Below, in pieces: positions 50,068 through 63,660 of a stretch of DNA of 64,000 bases (within the stretch, counting starts at the first letter, position 1; the number at the start of each line of letters is the position of its first letter). The position numbers and the translations under genes are program-made. Origin of the DNA: Cirrosporium novae-zelandiae (lineage: Eukaryota); NCBI GenBank assembly GCA_026023565.1, contig JAPETS010000022.1, positions 186,001-250,000 of the forward strand. Direction: 5' to 3'. The notes under the pieces are model-generated. The model had not been told where the DNA came from. It ran no database searches and worked only from the letters and a program-made list of their open reading frames with translations.

Positions 50068-53000
50068 ATGGGGAATGTTGGTAGTAGACTGGATGAGGGT
50101 CCGACGCTATATCTGAAAGATCAAAATCGACGTATGTCCTTTGTCGACTATGTGGATATGACTGAGTGCTGACGGTGCCTTTTATTTTCCGCAGTTTCGA
50201 TAGCGGCCGTCACCATCACAAACTCCCGACGGAGATTATATGCTAATATCGTACCCACTGCCTTTCCCGCCACAAAATATTTGGCCAAAAGAGATATTGG
50301 AGATGACAGCCCGATGGAGTTCATACAGGTTCGCAGAATTATCGCAATCCTTGCGCTGTTCTAGTAGCATCGAGTAGGTCTAACACCAAGCTTGTTGCAG
50401 GACCCTGATCCGCCATCATCACAAAACTATCCATCGTTTATCCTACGCCTTACAAATGAAGATGTACTCAATTTCAAATTCACGTTCGTTATCCGGCAAC
50501 AATCTCCGAATACGACACCGGCGGTCAACGGAGCCGTTGGTAACGGGGTGGACACTGTAATCAACAACCTTACACTTGCATATGCCTCGAATTCGAAAGA
50601 ATTAGATAATTTAGTCACAAGGGAATTTCATGCGAACCCAAACCTACACAAAAACTCAAATGTGCAGCTCCTAGGAAATTACTCCACCGAGGGTAGCCCT
50701 TCGGTTCAGTTTGACTGGACATGGCAATGGCGACCACCAAAGCCCTTTGAAGATAAAGGAGGAGGCTGGCGAAATACCTGCAGTGTAGGGTTGGACCCAT
50801 TATGTTCGTGGATCTGAAGCTGATCCGGATCTGTAGTTTCTCGAGTACGACCAGCGGGCCCACCGATTGAACACTCTTGCAAGCTTCTCATTCTGGGTAC
50901 AAAGTAGGGTTATCATTTTTTTACAATCAAGTCAAGAACTAATTTGAATGTAGATACGACGCGACTACATCTCAGCCCTCAATTACCTGCCACCCCTCGT
51001 CTTGAGATGCCTATTCCGCCAAAGTTGCGCTTCCCCTCTTCCAATTCGATGCAGTCTAGAGCAAGTGATTCTGAAGGATTCAACGAAGGCGAGGATCCCC
51101 CTTCTCCTATAGAAGTTCCCCAAGATCATTTTTCGGTGCCGTTGCAGGGAACAATTAGCAATGCACCAACTGTTGACGTCTCATGCCAGCGACCAGGCGA
51201 AGATATGAGTATTGTAGAAGACGGCCCATTATTCCGGGCCACCATGAAAGCGCTGGAGCAGAAGACAGGAAATATGCGGATAAGGATGAAAAAGGTCTTG
51301 CGAAAGGCAGAAGCCGCTCAAATTGCCCAAGTGGAATGCAACGAGGCCATGGAAGGGTTCATGACTGCTTTGCGTGAAGCAGCAGCATCAAGCGCAAACG
51401 CGATTCAACCTGCCTTGGAGCATTACTTCGAAAAGATTGCACGCCAGATCCTTTTCTACGAAAAGCAGAATACAAACCATCTCCAAAAACTTATTATAGA
51501 GCCGATCGGAAGGTTGTATACATTTGATATCAAGCAAGCGGAATCCAAAAAGAAGGATTTCGAAGATGAGAGTAGAGATTATTATGCCTTTGTCAGTCGA
51601 TATCTCGGTCAACGCCAGGATTCCATGAAGGAGAAAAAGAGAGCGGAAAGTGATTCGAAATATCAGTCTAAGCGCCGTAATTTTGAACTGAAGCGGTTCG
51701 ATTATTCTTCATTTATGCAGGATCTTCATGGTGGGCGCAAAGAGCAGGAGGTTCTATCTCAGCTAACAAAATATGCCGATACTCAAACAAAAAGTTATCT
51801 TACAACCGCTAAGAAGATTGAGGAGATGATGCCGCAACTCGAAGCCTTGATTCATGAAGTAAAGGAAACCGACAAGGAGTTTCAGCTGCGCCGAACCGAA
51901 CGGGAAGAAAAGAGGCGGGTCCTCGAAAGAAGCTCGGCGTCATATAATGATCCTGACTCCACTGGTTCGATGCAACCACCGCAAACTCCTGCACAGTCAC
52001 AACATCCAGCATACATGTCGGATTCGGAAGTTAGTCGCTCGGATAGCGTGGTTTCGACGGTTCGAAATGGTGTCAACGGCTCCTCTCCCAGTCATTCACT
52101 TGGTACGGCTACGTTGACACATACAATTTCCAATATCTCCCCCCCTGCAGCGGCCGTCGGTATCGCCACTACTACCACTGCTACGCAGAATAAATTCAAG
52201 GGTATTCGCGACTTGGAAGAAAAGGACTACAGTACCATTATTACCCAAAGCAACAATGGAGTGCAGCACCGGAAGGAAGGTTTACTGTGGGCACTAAGCA
52301 AGCCTGGATCTCACATTATTGACCCCAGGGGAATTAACAAGCAAGCATGGCACAAGTATGGCTCTCCTTATCCCCCAGTAGTATTTCTCAGAGACTGATT
52401 TGTTTCAAGATTCTGGATTGTCCTTGATCAAGGAAAGCTTTCTGAGTATAGTAACTGGAAACAAAAGCTCGACCTTCACATGGATCCTATCGATCTTCGA
52501 ATGGCTTCGGTCAGAGAGGCTCGCAATGCCGATCGCCGTTTCTGCTTTGAAGTTATCACCCCCCAATTCAAACGAGTCTACCAGGCGACTGCCGAAGAAG
52601 ACATGGTTAATTGGATTGATGCCATCAACAATGCTATCCAGGGTGCCGTTGAAGGTAAGAATGCTAGAGCCCGCGCGCCTTCAGTTCGCGGGGAAGATTC
52701 TCAGTCCCGCGATATCGGCTCTGCGCTCACCGGTAAATCCTCTTCTTACCATGGACAAAACAATTACACCCACCATCACTCTTCTAACTCATCATCTAAC
52801 GGTGTTGGCCGTCGAATTACCGTTGGTGGTAAGCCTGTCATGACTCCTCGACGTGATAGTGGGCATTATGATGAAGACCCATCAAAACTACTGCAAGAGC
52901 TCCGCGCTGCAGACCAAGGTAACTGCTGGTGCGCCGATTGTGGATCCGGTACCAAAGTTGAATGGGTTTCTATTAATCTTGGTATAATCCTCTGTATCGA

Positions 53001-53808
53001 GTGTTCCGGTATTCACCGGTCCTTGGGCACCCATATTTCGAAAATCCGCTCCCTTACCCTCGACACCAAATCCTTTACGCCTGACATCATCGAATTGCTC
53101 CTTTTGATTGGAAATCGCGTTTCCAACATGGTCTGGGAATCGAAGCTAGACCGGCTGTTAAAGCCAACCCCAAATTCCTCCCGGGAACAGCGCCTTAAAT
53201 TTATCACGGGCAAATACGTTGATCGTTTATATGTACAGCCCATTTCTCCAACACTATCTTCATATTCCACCCCAGACGAAACCCTCATAGGCAGCATCAA
53301 ACGCAAAGACATTCAAGGCGTCCTCTATGCGATTGCCCTCCGCGCAAATGTAAATGTCCATGATCTGTCCAGAAATACGCACTCTGTATATCTCGCTCTC
53401 GCAGCCGTTGATCCTGCCCAACTCCCATCCGGATCCTCTTCCCAGCTTCATCCTCAAAAATATTCCCCCTCGCTTAGATCCTCTGCCTCGTCCGTACACT
53501 CTGTTTCAGAACCGAAACCTATCACCTTCCCCATCGCCGAGCTGCTTCTACAAAACGGAGCGGAAATACCAGCTACTCTTCCACGAATTCCGTTAGGTGA
53601 TCGTGCCATGCAATATGTGGAGATCAAAGGCGGAGGAGGACAGGCTGGGGATACACTAACAGCACTGCCAGATTTCAGTAGTGTAGGGAAGGTGGATATT
53701 GCAAATGGAGCAGCTGAGAAAGAGCAACGGGAAAAAGAGAAGAGGCTGCAAAAGAGGGTTAGTGCGGGGGGAAGATTTGCCGGCAAGGGTCCCTTTGCTG
53801 GTGCTTGA
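50068..53808 (+). CDS. ArfGAP with BAR, PH and ArfGAP domains (centaurin/ACAP-like; S. pombe Csx2/Cnt6-like)
   Basis: MGNVGS N-terminus; EDGPLFRATMKALE (BAR); RRFCFEVITP..VYQA..WIDAI (PH); CADCG..EWVSINLGIILCIECSGIHRSLGTHISKIRSLTLD (ArfGAP). Five introns. Confidence 0.92.
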
Positions 53809-55106
53809 CTATTTAAATATATCTGTTCCTTGAGTTTATGTGGGAGGAGTTGTCAGATGCCTTTCGGTTCGGCTCATGATGCTGGCGTTGACCGGGACGA
53901 GGGCAGCGATGGATGATTGGAACTGGATAAGATATCTTAATGTATTTGGATGAAACGGCTTCCTTTTCCGGGCGAACGGAGACGAAAGTTAATGAATTGG
54001 CTTGGTTGGGATATTGATAGTGACTTCATTATTCTCATGATCAGTGCAACGGAAAGCACAAGGTTGGAAATTTTCATGCCAGGTGTTAGTGCATGCTTTC
54101 TGTGAAGGTATGTGAATGCCGTCATTGCATTGTTGTTTGTCTTCCTGGTGCATATGAGTGAGTGAATGAGGTCAGCGACCCCAGCGAGCAAATGAACTGT
54201 CGTCTAGTGGGTTGGAATATTGTGTGCATTTGAATCTGGATATTTATTTGACTATAGTTCGATGACCCTCTTTTGCTTATTTTCCATATTTTTGTTTTGC
54301 CCAACATGTCGGGAATGGCATTGTCCTGTACCCTGGGCGCATTAATATTTGCATAACTACACGATAGGAAATGATAATATCTAATGCTCTGATACAATAT
54401 GAAGAGTGGACGAATCACGATGATTAATATATCATGTCTCTCGATGTGGCGTTTAGCCACTGCCCGTACCGAGGTACTTCTCTACTTGATTGGCATTAAT
54501 TATAGATAGTTGCCTGTCATGGTCAAAATGCATATAATTTACAAATTTGTACATCACTGGCTTCGATTGCTACGGTAGTATACACAGCAAGTAGAGATAA
54601 GGCGTTAGATGAAATAAGGTATGATCAACCTTGAAAGTAATGAACAATAATGCAACCTGAAGTGCTAAAGGAAACCAGGTACGGAAAAGAGTTACGATGT
54701 TTAGGCCTATCACCCGAAGATTATCTTTCCCCCCGGATAACTACTCCGCATTTATTTCTTCATCCGATATGATTCCTATCATCATCACTACAGAGCTAAC
54801 CCCGCTATATCTTGGTTCCTTGCAGCATTAACCAGGACTCGACTAGATTTCTAGATCTGCCCCTTTGGCTTATGTATTGTTTAACATCATTGGACATGCT
54901 ACCTGGCAATATATTTCTTATGCGGTCTAATATCCGGTTGTCGGAGAAGCCATGGCACTATGCGACAGCGTCAATTGGGAATACCCGTTGAGCAATTGGA
55001 GCGTAGATAACGTAATGATATACAGCGAGGTGCTATTAAATGGCACTTGGAGCTTCGAATTGACCGCCCTTCAGTTCCTTTGTACTCAACTTCCCAGTTC
55101 GTCATC

Positions 55107-57046
55107 ATGATGTTGTCCACCAAAACCCTCATACCCGCAATACTGACAGCTGCATGGTGTTGTCAGGCCTATCCTTATGCCACAATACGCTCATCAAGCT
55201 CTTACGCGGATACATTACCAGCGTACGCAAAGGATTTGTTTGATGAGTCTATGAATTGGATGGATACTTTTTATGACCCATCAGTGGGATATCTTTACGA
55301 AAACTCGGCTGCCGTTGCTTTACGACATGATGTAAGGCATTCGGCTTGGTATGCTGTCGGGCTGCTCGCGAGGAACAATGGAAGTGACGCCGAGGAGGCT
55401 TTGAAGATTATAAGTAATGTGTGTAATGGGCAATTTAAGAATGCAAGCGATCAGTGGTACGCAAACCTCGTTTCTTTTTTTTCATTAGCGTGATTCATTT
55501 TTTTTTAGGTATGGCACGTACCAAAAGGAGTCCGAAGAACCACTTGTGGGCACTTCGGTGTATCCAGCGAATATATACAACAGCTGGGATCCGAATTGGC
55601 GTGGCTTTATCAGTTGCGCTTTCATCATGGCCCTCGAGGAGTTTGGAGATCTGATTACGCCAGAGGTCACGAAGTTGCTTCACTCAACGCTCTATATCAG
55701 TGCTAAGGGTGATAGCTACCGTGTCGGTGGTGTAGACGGCGACAACCTGTATTCATCCTACAGCAATCCGGCTATCATGCGTGCATTCTCCTCTGGGTGG
55801 ACCGGCCGTCTCATGAATGATACAAATATGACCCAAGCTGGTGAAAACTATGCACAAGATATCATTGATTTGTTCGATCTGTTTAACACTTTGCCTGAAT
55901 TCAACAGTCCAACATATACAGGCATCTCTCTTTGGGGGTTAACTCTTTGGGCAAAATACCTCCCATCAGATTCCATCATGTCCCAGAATGCGGCTTCAAT
56001 GATCAAGTACACTTGGGAAATGGTCGCGCAGTTATATCATCCACAGCTAAGCAATCTTGGAGGCCCTTGGGATCGAACTTATGGATTTGATATGACGAAA
56101 TATATCGCTACGGTTGGCCTTCATATGTGGAATTTAGTCGGCAAGGATAAATCCCCGTTTGCTTCCAAGGTAAGAAGCTTTGGAACCATTATATACCTTT
56201 CTCCTTACGAAATCGAGTTTATTTGGCTAATTTGGCAATTAAGCCCCTCAATGCAATGTCCCATGGAGATGATGGCAATATTGCTCCACTCTTCGCCATT
56301 CTAGCATCCTTCCATAACAATATCGTACCAGCAAACGTCTCGACTGCAATGACCAGCTTCATTGGGGAACATACTGTCAGCACTTCAGCCATAGCCCCCC
56401 CTTATGATACATATGCTAGGAATGTCACGGCATGGCTAGCAAATAATATCAGCATCGGAGCTGAAACGATTAATGAAACTGTCATTGGCGGCCCCAGGCA
56501 AGACGCAAATTCATACAGACCAGGCATAATACAGTGGAATACTGGCAACGGCATTGGATGGCTTGCTGTACGATGACCCTCTTCCAGTGTTCATATATAT
56601 CTACCTAATTTCTAATTGCTTACTTCGAACATAGCTTCAATCAACGGAGGCTGCAATTCACGCCATTGCAGGTCCAGGAACCCTTGATGTAACATATTTG
56701 TTCGGAAATGATACCTCCCAGTTCCAGATCCTGGTCTCCCAATTTGCTGAGAAACGAACTCTTCAATCGTGGGAAGATATACAAGGGTTAAGTGTGAAGG
56801 TCTCGGGGAATATTGATCTCAACTATACGCTTTCGTTTGCGGGGGACTATGGAGGGGCCGATGACACTATCGAGTAAGTATCACCGTCCTTTGACTGTCT
56901 ATATGTATCAACCACGCTTTTCTCCTTGACCGGTCACTGACCCTATTTGGTTGGTTAGCGACTTTGAATTTTGGAACTTTACGTATTCTATGCCAACAGG
57001 AAGTACTGAAACTCCGAATTTGCTCCTTGAGGTAGAACTCGAATAG
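55107..57046 (+). CDS. Secreted uncharacterised protein (conserved fungal family, probable helical-barrel enzyme)
   Basis: Signal-peptide-like MMLSTKTLIPAILTAAWCCQA; RHDVRHSAWYAVGLLARN, SWDPNWRGFI, YSNPAIMRA, EFNSPTYTGISL, GPWDRTYGFDM. Four introns; many N-X-S/T sites. Confidence 0.8.
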
Positions 57047-57330
57047 GAGAGCTTTAGCTTATAATTAAGTAAATGGTGATAATGATAATGTAGAAATGGA
57101 TCCGTCCAGAATGAATGTAATTGTGAATTTCTGGTGTCGTGGGTTAACATATTTCGCATGCCCTTTTAAGCGAGCTAGTCTATCCTCTTGGCAATTTCCC
57201 AACGTTGCCCAGAGTCGATGGCATCCAGGTGCAGTTATTAATTAACTGTGGAAGTCGCCTTCGGACTAAGGGCTTTCTTTTTCCATTGACTGCATAATAC
57301 TGGTCGGATGATATATAGCAAGGATTGACC

Positions 57331-60300
57331 ATGGGCTCTCTACTATCCGATAAGACTCATCTGCAGATTAGACAGCGATATGAAGATGGGGAGTTTCGCT
57401 GGGTCTCGAGAACATGTCGGAAGGCTATTAAGAAAGGAGATATATCGCTAATCGTCAGGGTAAGACGCAAAAAATGCTTAGTTTTTACATGTCTTATCAC
57501 TCTAATTGTTGGTGGTAGGCTTTCGATGTTGCTTGTTCACTGTCGATGTATGAAGCCAGAGCTATCGACGCTACCAAGGAACTCTGTGCGAGCTCCGACT
57601 TTACTCAGATTGATCCAGACACCTGGTCATGCCTTAAGGAGGCTCTTTACTTCAACCACAATGCCCGGCCGTTGCATACTGGCATCTGGACGAAGCTCCT
57701 CCGCGCAAAACCTCATGATGAAGCTTTGCATATTCAGTGCTTCAGAACTTCCGTTCATGTCCATGATGTAGAGACTGCTCAGCTAGTAAGTTTTTTTTTT
57801 TTTGGAATCGGAGTCGTTTTATTTGGAACCACTCTATATTCCTGTCCAAGGTGCTGACTGTCAATAGGCGGCAATGTCATTACAAAAAAATTTCCCTAAC
57901 AAACGAAACTATTACTTTTTAGCCATCTTCCTCACCTATATCATGGCTACAGAATTCGAAAGAATAGGTGATAAAACGAAGGCGAAAATCTATTCGACCC
58001 TCTGCTATAGGATGTTGTCCAAAGCGGCAGAAGATGTACCAACTGACCCTAAGCAGCTCCTGAGTCCTCCTAGAGCAATCCAGACCGAGCAGGAACTCCA
58101 ACTCTTGGTTGAAGTTTACCTATGTCAAGATCGTGGTGAGGAAGCCATCGCAGTGCTGGATAGCCCACATCTGGGCATATCTTCTCGTATCGGAAAAAAT
58201 TCATGGCCTCTAGTCAGGACTAAATTAGAGGTTTTGAAAATCCTTCAGGACTGGAAACATCTATATAAATACTCAAAAGACCTGCTGAAACGACTAGAAT
58301 CCGATGAGAATTCCTTCAATTTGGCCCAATCCACTGATGATGAGTTGGTGTGGAGCTCGCTTCGACTATGTTATAGCTCACTAATGGATGAGGAGTAAGT
58401 GCTAGACCCTATAATAGAACTATACTTTGCTTACTCGATTAGGGTCACAAAGGATGCAGCTGCTTTAGTTTTCTCCATTGCTAAACATCAGAAAAAATCA
58501 AGAAATGCCCAATTGGAACGACTTGTATTCCTTACGCACATAAAAAAACCCCTATACGAATGGTGTCCGGACTTTCCGAAGCATGAAGATGAACCATATC
58601 CAGAAACTCTTCTCAAGGGCTGCGAGCAGTTTTGGGTGAAGAATTCCAATAGTACTTGTTGTTTCCAGGACCTGCGAGATTTCGTACAGGAGTTTTCAGC
58701 GGAAGACTATGAAGAGTTTAGCAATTTCATTATGCAAGAGACAGAAAGGATTGTTGATGAAGCATCTGAAGTATAGAACCTTCCCTATGGAAGAGGTGTT
58801 GGCTAACATTTCTTGTAGCAGGATACGATAGCTAAGATCGCAGGAATCATTAACCGGCTCAAGCTAACGTATATGTACGAGCTATCAAGAAACTCAGAGT
58901 CGTTAGACAGACAGATATTAGTAGACTTCATTTGCAAGTGTTTGTCTGTCTATCTGCAAGCTCAACCCCTTGGAGCGAGCTTTGTCAAGACAGACGACAA
59001 ACCAGGAGATGATGCTGGCATTCTAGCGGCTATGTGTCTTGTGCTTTTGGACAGAATCGATCAGAAAGATCCACAAAAGGGATCAACAAGGGAGCATCTG
59101 GTTCAAGCTGCTATGCTCCTACAATCAATAGTCGACCGCTCTCAACATAATTACCAAGCTTTATTGCTTCTTACAAGGATTTTCCTTCTTCTCGGGGCTG
59201 GTTCGATGGCAATGGCCACGTTCTTCAGATTGGAGGTAAGGAACGTACAGTACGACACATTGGCCTATATACTCTTTACTCGAATATCCACGATCCATCC
59301 GGCTAGAGTGTTCACGCCACAGCTACAGTCGTTGGAAGAGAATGCGAAGAATCCTTCACAGTCCCTAAAAAGCGCACTCACATTCTTCACAGGCTCTTTG
59401 ATCGACACTCAACGCATGATAACTCTGGCCTTTGACAATGGAAACTATAGTAATGCAAACGACACAGTGTATGTTCAGCAAAAACTCCGAGCAAGCTGGT
59501 GTAAGATGATGATCCACCTGGAAAAACGAAGGATAGATAGGCTTCAGGGAGCCGAGTTTGAGCATCCCGGAACCGAACTGATAGATCCACATATTGCACC
59601 AGTTTCTGATCTTCGAGATTTTGACACGAGTGCCAGCTTCGAGGCGAGAAACCATGATTCTTTTGAACACTACGTCTATGCGGGCCCAACTCCTCGAACG
59701 GCTTGGTTACAACGTCAGATATTGATCGATGAATTATTTGTACGCCTCTCGACGTCTGATGCGCATTTTGCTTATCTATACCGTCCCACGCCACCTGAAA
59801 TCCCTTCAGAGGAAGCGTTGGCGGAATGCACAGTAGCGGAGATGCACTTTTGGGAGCTATTTCAAATCATTTCGGATTCCTGGAGAACTTTACAGGACCA
59901 AAATGCCCAACGTTCATCTGAATTCCATGACAACCTCGGCCGGATTCCGGAATGGTTAATGCAGAGCGATATTGAAAATGCAACCAAACAACCACTTTAC
60001 TCGTATGCATCGTGGGAATATCTTCACCGAACCATCATCACTTTGGATGGGTTACGGTTGATAAACCTTTTCGTCAACCAAGCATCAAAATTTCATAATG
60101 CTAAAGACGTGCGGATGTCAGCAAAAGAGGAGGGAATGCTGAAGGAAAAGGTAGAGGCTACGCATCAAAAGATAATGAAGCGAGCACAAAGGTTGAAGGC
60201 GGATATTAGAAAAGAGGAAGTGGTTGAGGTGATCCGAAAGGAGAATGATGAACCGGTGAGCGCATTGCTGGACAAGATTGTGGGAGAGGAAAAGACATGG

Positions 60301-60375
60301 ACGTTTGCGAATGAGCTATGCGCTAGTTGGGAGGATGCTATTGACGGGATTCTAAACATTTGTTTAAAGAAATGA
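57331..60375 (+). CDS. MDM20: NatB N-acetyltransferase auxiliary subunit (Mdm20/Naa25)
   Basis: AAMSLQKNFPNKRNYYF, PRAIQTEQELQLLVEVY, CCFQDLRDFV, PGDDAGILAAMCLV, SQHNYQALLLL.RIFLLLGAG, LEVRNVQYDTL. Several introns. Confidence 0.85.
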
Positions 60376-60649
60376 CCATGACAATCTGAGGTAAGCGGGC
60401 TAAGACGGATAGGACGGGTATCATTGGGCAAAGGCTTTACAAAGTAATTACCTACCAAATACAAAGTACTCGAGTCAGTAATTACAACTAGAACGCTAGT
60501 CAAGAAGACTTTGTTGTGTAGATACCCAGGTAGATAGATAGATAGTGATAGTCAGGGACAAGGATGCAGGGTAACCAGCCACACATAAAGGTTGAAAAAG
60601 GATGAAAAAGCTTGAAAAGGCTTGAAAAAGCTTGATTTGACCAATTAAT

Positions 60650-60730
60650 CTTGGCAAAAAAAACTTGGCAAAAACTTGGCTTTTTATTAGCCGAGAAATG
60701 GTTACGTCAGACATGAGACGTCAGACGTCA
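60650..60730. promoter_or_regulatory. Cluster of three PacC-type (GCCAAG) and three CRE-like (ACGTCA) motifs
   Basis: CTTGGC at 60650, 60664 and 60675; TTACGTCA at 60702, GACGTCA at 60717 and 60724. Confidence 0.4.
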
Positions 60731-61209
60731 GCCTCCAGCTCCGGATTACCTGAAGTTCCGAATCTCCAGAGCAGAAGACTTCACAAGCCGAACTTTCTTT
60801 CTTCTTCCCTCCCATAAATATAAGCCGAGCCTCAATGTCTCCGTGGCTGTACAATTCCTGCTGCCTTGGTCTTTCGGTTCAGAAATATATCTATCTCCCC
60901 CATGAGCTTTTGCTTTTCAATTGGTTTTTCCATAAACTGAAATTGGATTAGACTACGTCAAAGCCCATTCACCGCTAACATCCTGAGCGCAAACTGTAAA
61001 TTCCTCCCAGCCTCCGCTTTGTTTGCCCTCGGTCCAGTCGCAAAACTCAAGCTCAGGAAAGATCAATTCTATCACATCTTATTTATACATCATACCATTA
61101 GCTCCCGTATCCCCCTAAAATAATATTACTCAAGGAAAAAAAATTACTCGAAAAGTGAGAAAAGAAAACTCGGGGGACACCGCCATAATCCATTAATCTT
61201 AATATTATA

Positions 61210-63186
61210 ATGGACGATCAACAGGACTCTGGGCCCTTTCATCGTCAACCGCTTGCGCACCGTGCTGATAGCTATGGTCTGAAATTTGTCGAAAAATCCG
61301 GAAAGGCCTTCGATAAAGCCCAGGGGTATAAACAAAAGTCCAAAACAACGGATGGTGCTGGAGATAGTGATAAGAAGGAAAAGCAACCAGCTGGTGGATT
61401 TGACGATACACCAATTCCCTATGCACCACATGGCTACACACTGAAATTCACCTTCCATCGCGCCACCAATCTTCCTTTTGCAGATATTAATTCATTATCC
61501 TCGGATCCTTATGTCGAAGCCGTGTTGACTTCTAGCTTACCAAAACGACACAAACAAGACCCGGATTTGAAATTTCGAACACCAACGATAAGGCGAAATC
61601 TTCATCCAGAATGGAACTGCGAATGGGTTGTTGCAAATGTCCCGGCTTCCGGATTCAGACTCAAGGCGCGTTTATACGATGAGGATCCTGCGGATCATGA
61701 TGATAAGCTTGGGAACGTGGAGGTTGAGGTGCTTTCGATAAACAAGGACTGGGTAGAAATTAAGGAACAAGCATACAAAATCAAGAAAAGGGCTGGTAGC
61801 AAAAGAGCATATTTCATTCGGGGATGCGCTGCGATAATATCGAGAAAGGTACATATGGATGGTAGTCTGGTACTCAGTGTGGAGAACCTAGGGCAAACCG
61901 ATGGACCAGAAGAAGCTCGGATGTGGACTGTTGGTCCCAATTACTGGAGCCAACATTTCAGTCCCTTGATCGGACGATTAGCTGGGACCAAGGAGCCCGA
62001 TGAGAGACCTAGCATGGCTAGTGAAAAGCCCCAGAAGAGAAAGGCACAGCGATACAAGTAAGGAAACACCCTCATTATGGCCAAAAGATTAAACTAATGC
62101 GATTTCGTGCTCTACAGTTTCCAAGCTAATCAAATCCAACTTTCTGGTCCTATTCCGGGAGAATTATATCACCGATATGTCGAATTCAAGCCATTCGTGG
62201 CGGGCATGTTCACCTCGCACTCTCTGCGGGGACGTATCTTGAATCGTGCTCTCCACCACCAACACGCCCGCATCTACAACTACGATCGCGACACCATCTA
62301 CGGCATGGAACGGTCTCCATCCCCCGATCTAACCCTCCAATTCCTCAAACTCGTCCATTTCGACATCGGCGCCCGAATATTCACCTACGTCATCACACTC
62401 GACAGCCTCTGGAGATTTACCGAAACGGGAAAAGAATTCGGCATCGATTTATTGAGCAAACACACCATGCACTCGGACGTCTCAATCTACATTGCCTTCT
62501 CCGGCGAATTCTTCATAAGACGTCTCCACCACCGCCACCAAGACCCAGACTCGCAACCCACACACCCCCCCGACGACATCTCAGGCGGGCCCCCCTCGGA
62601 CGAACCCCCACAGGACCCAGCCTACTATGAACTAATCATCGACAACGACAGCGGCACCTACCGACCCAACGCAAAGCTCCTCCCCCTCCTAAAATCCTTC
62701 CTCCACCCCAACTTCCCCGGCCTCAAAATAAAAACCCTCGACTGCAATTCCGACGCCGAGGAAATGGGCAAGCTGAAAACCGAGCAGCGAGATAGAAAGA
62801 AGAAGGAAGGTGGGGGTGGCCGGTTCAAGCAGACCAGCTTCAGCAGCGCCTCCAGCAGCATCAGCTCCAGCGACGAAGAGGATCTGGATCGTCTGGAGGG
62901 CGTGGATAGCGGACGGTTTGGAAAGCTAAAGAGGGAGATGCAGGGCAGTGCAACGAAGGATCGGATTCGGGAGTGGGTTGCTAGAGGGGCCGGTGAAGAT
63001 CATGTTGTGGTGGAGAGGGCGGATGGGAAGGTCGAGGAGATTCCTGTGAGTGAGTTGCAGAATGGAAATGCAAATGGAAATGCGAGTGGAGATGCGTCTG
63101 CTTCTGCGTCTGCATCTGCATCCGCCCAAAAGGCCCCAGCGACGGACCAGGACCAGGGCCAGGGAAATAATGAAAAACATGCGTGA
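61210..63186 (+). CDS. C2-domain-containing protein
   Basis: TFHRATNLPFADINSLSSDPYV, PEWN, LYDEDPADHDDKLG, followed by the conserved FTETGKEFGIDLLSKHTMHSDV..FSGEF..IDNDSGTYRP region. One intron at about 62058-62117. Confidence 0.85.
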
Positions 63187-63660
63187 TGAATAATTATGGT
63201 ATCGGTATCGGTATCAACAACTCGGGATCTTTTGAATAATGGTTCCAACCAAACCAAACCAAGAACCCTCCATCCTTTTTTCTCTCTTAATATCTAATAT
63301 CTTATTGTTCATTCCTCTCATTACACCCTCCTACCCCCCTCCTTCATACTGGCAACCCCCCTATACATACTCTCACTGGATTTACGACAAAAAAAAAACA
63401 CGCCAGTTAGTTGGCTGACTTTTTTGACGAGCGAGGGTGAGGGAAACGGGATGGATGGATTTATTTCACCTCTGCTTTGGTTCAGTTCGGTTCAGCTCGG
63501 TTCTTGGAAAGAGAGAAAACACAAACATCAAATCTCCCACGATAATATTTTTCTTTTCTGATTCTACCAATGATGATGACATTTCCTTTTTTTGTTATGG
63601 TTTTATTAACGATGAATGAACGAAGGGGGGGAAGGGAACTTTTTGATTCAAAAGGGGATA

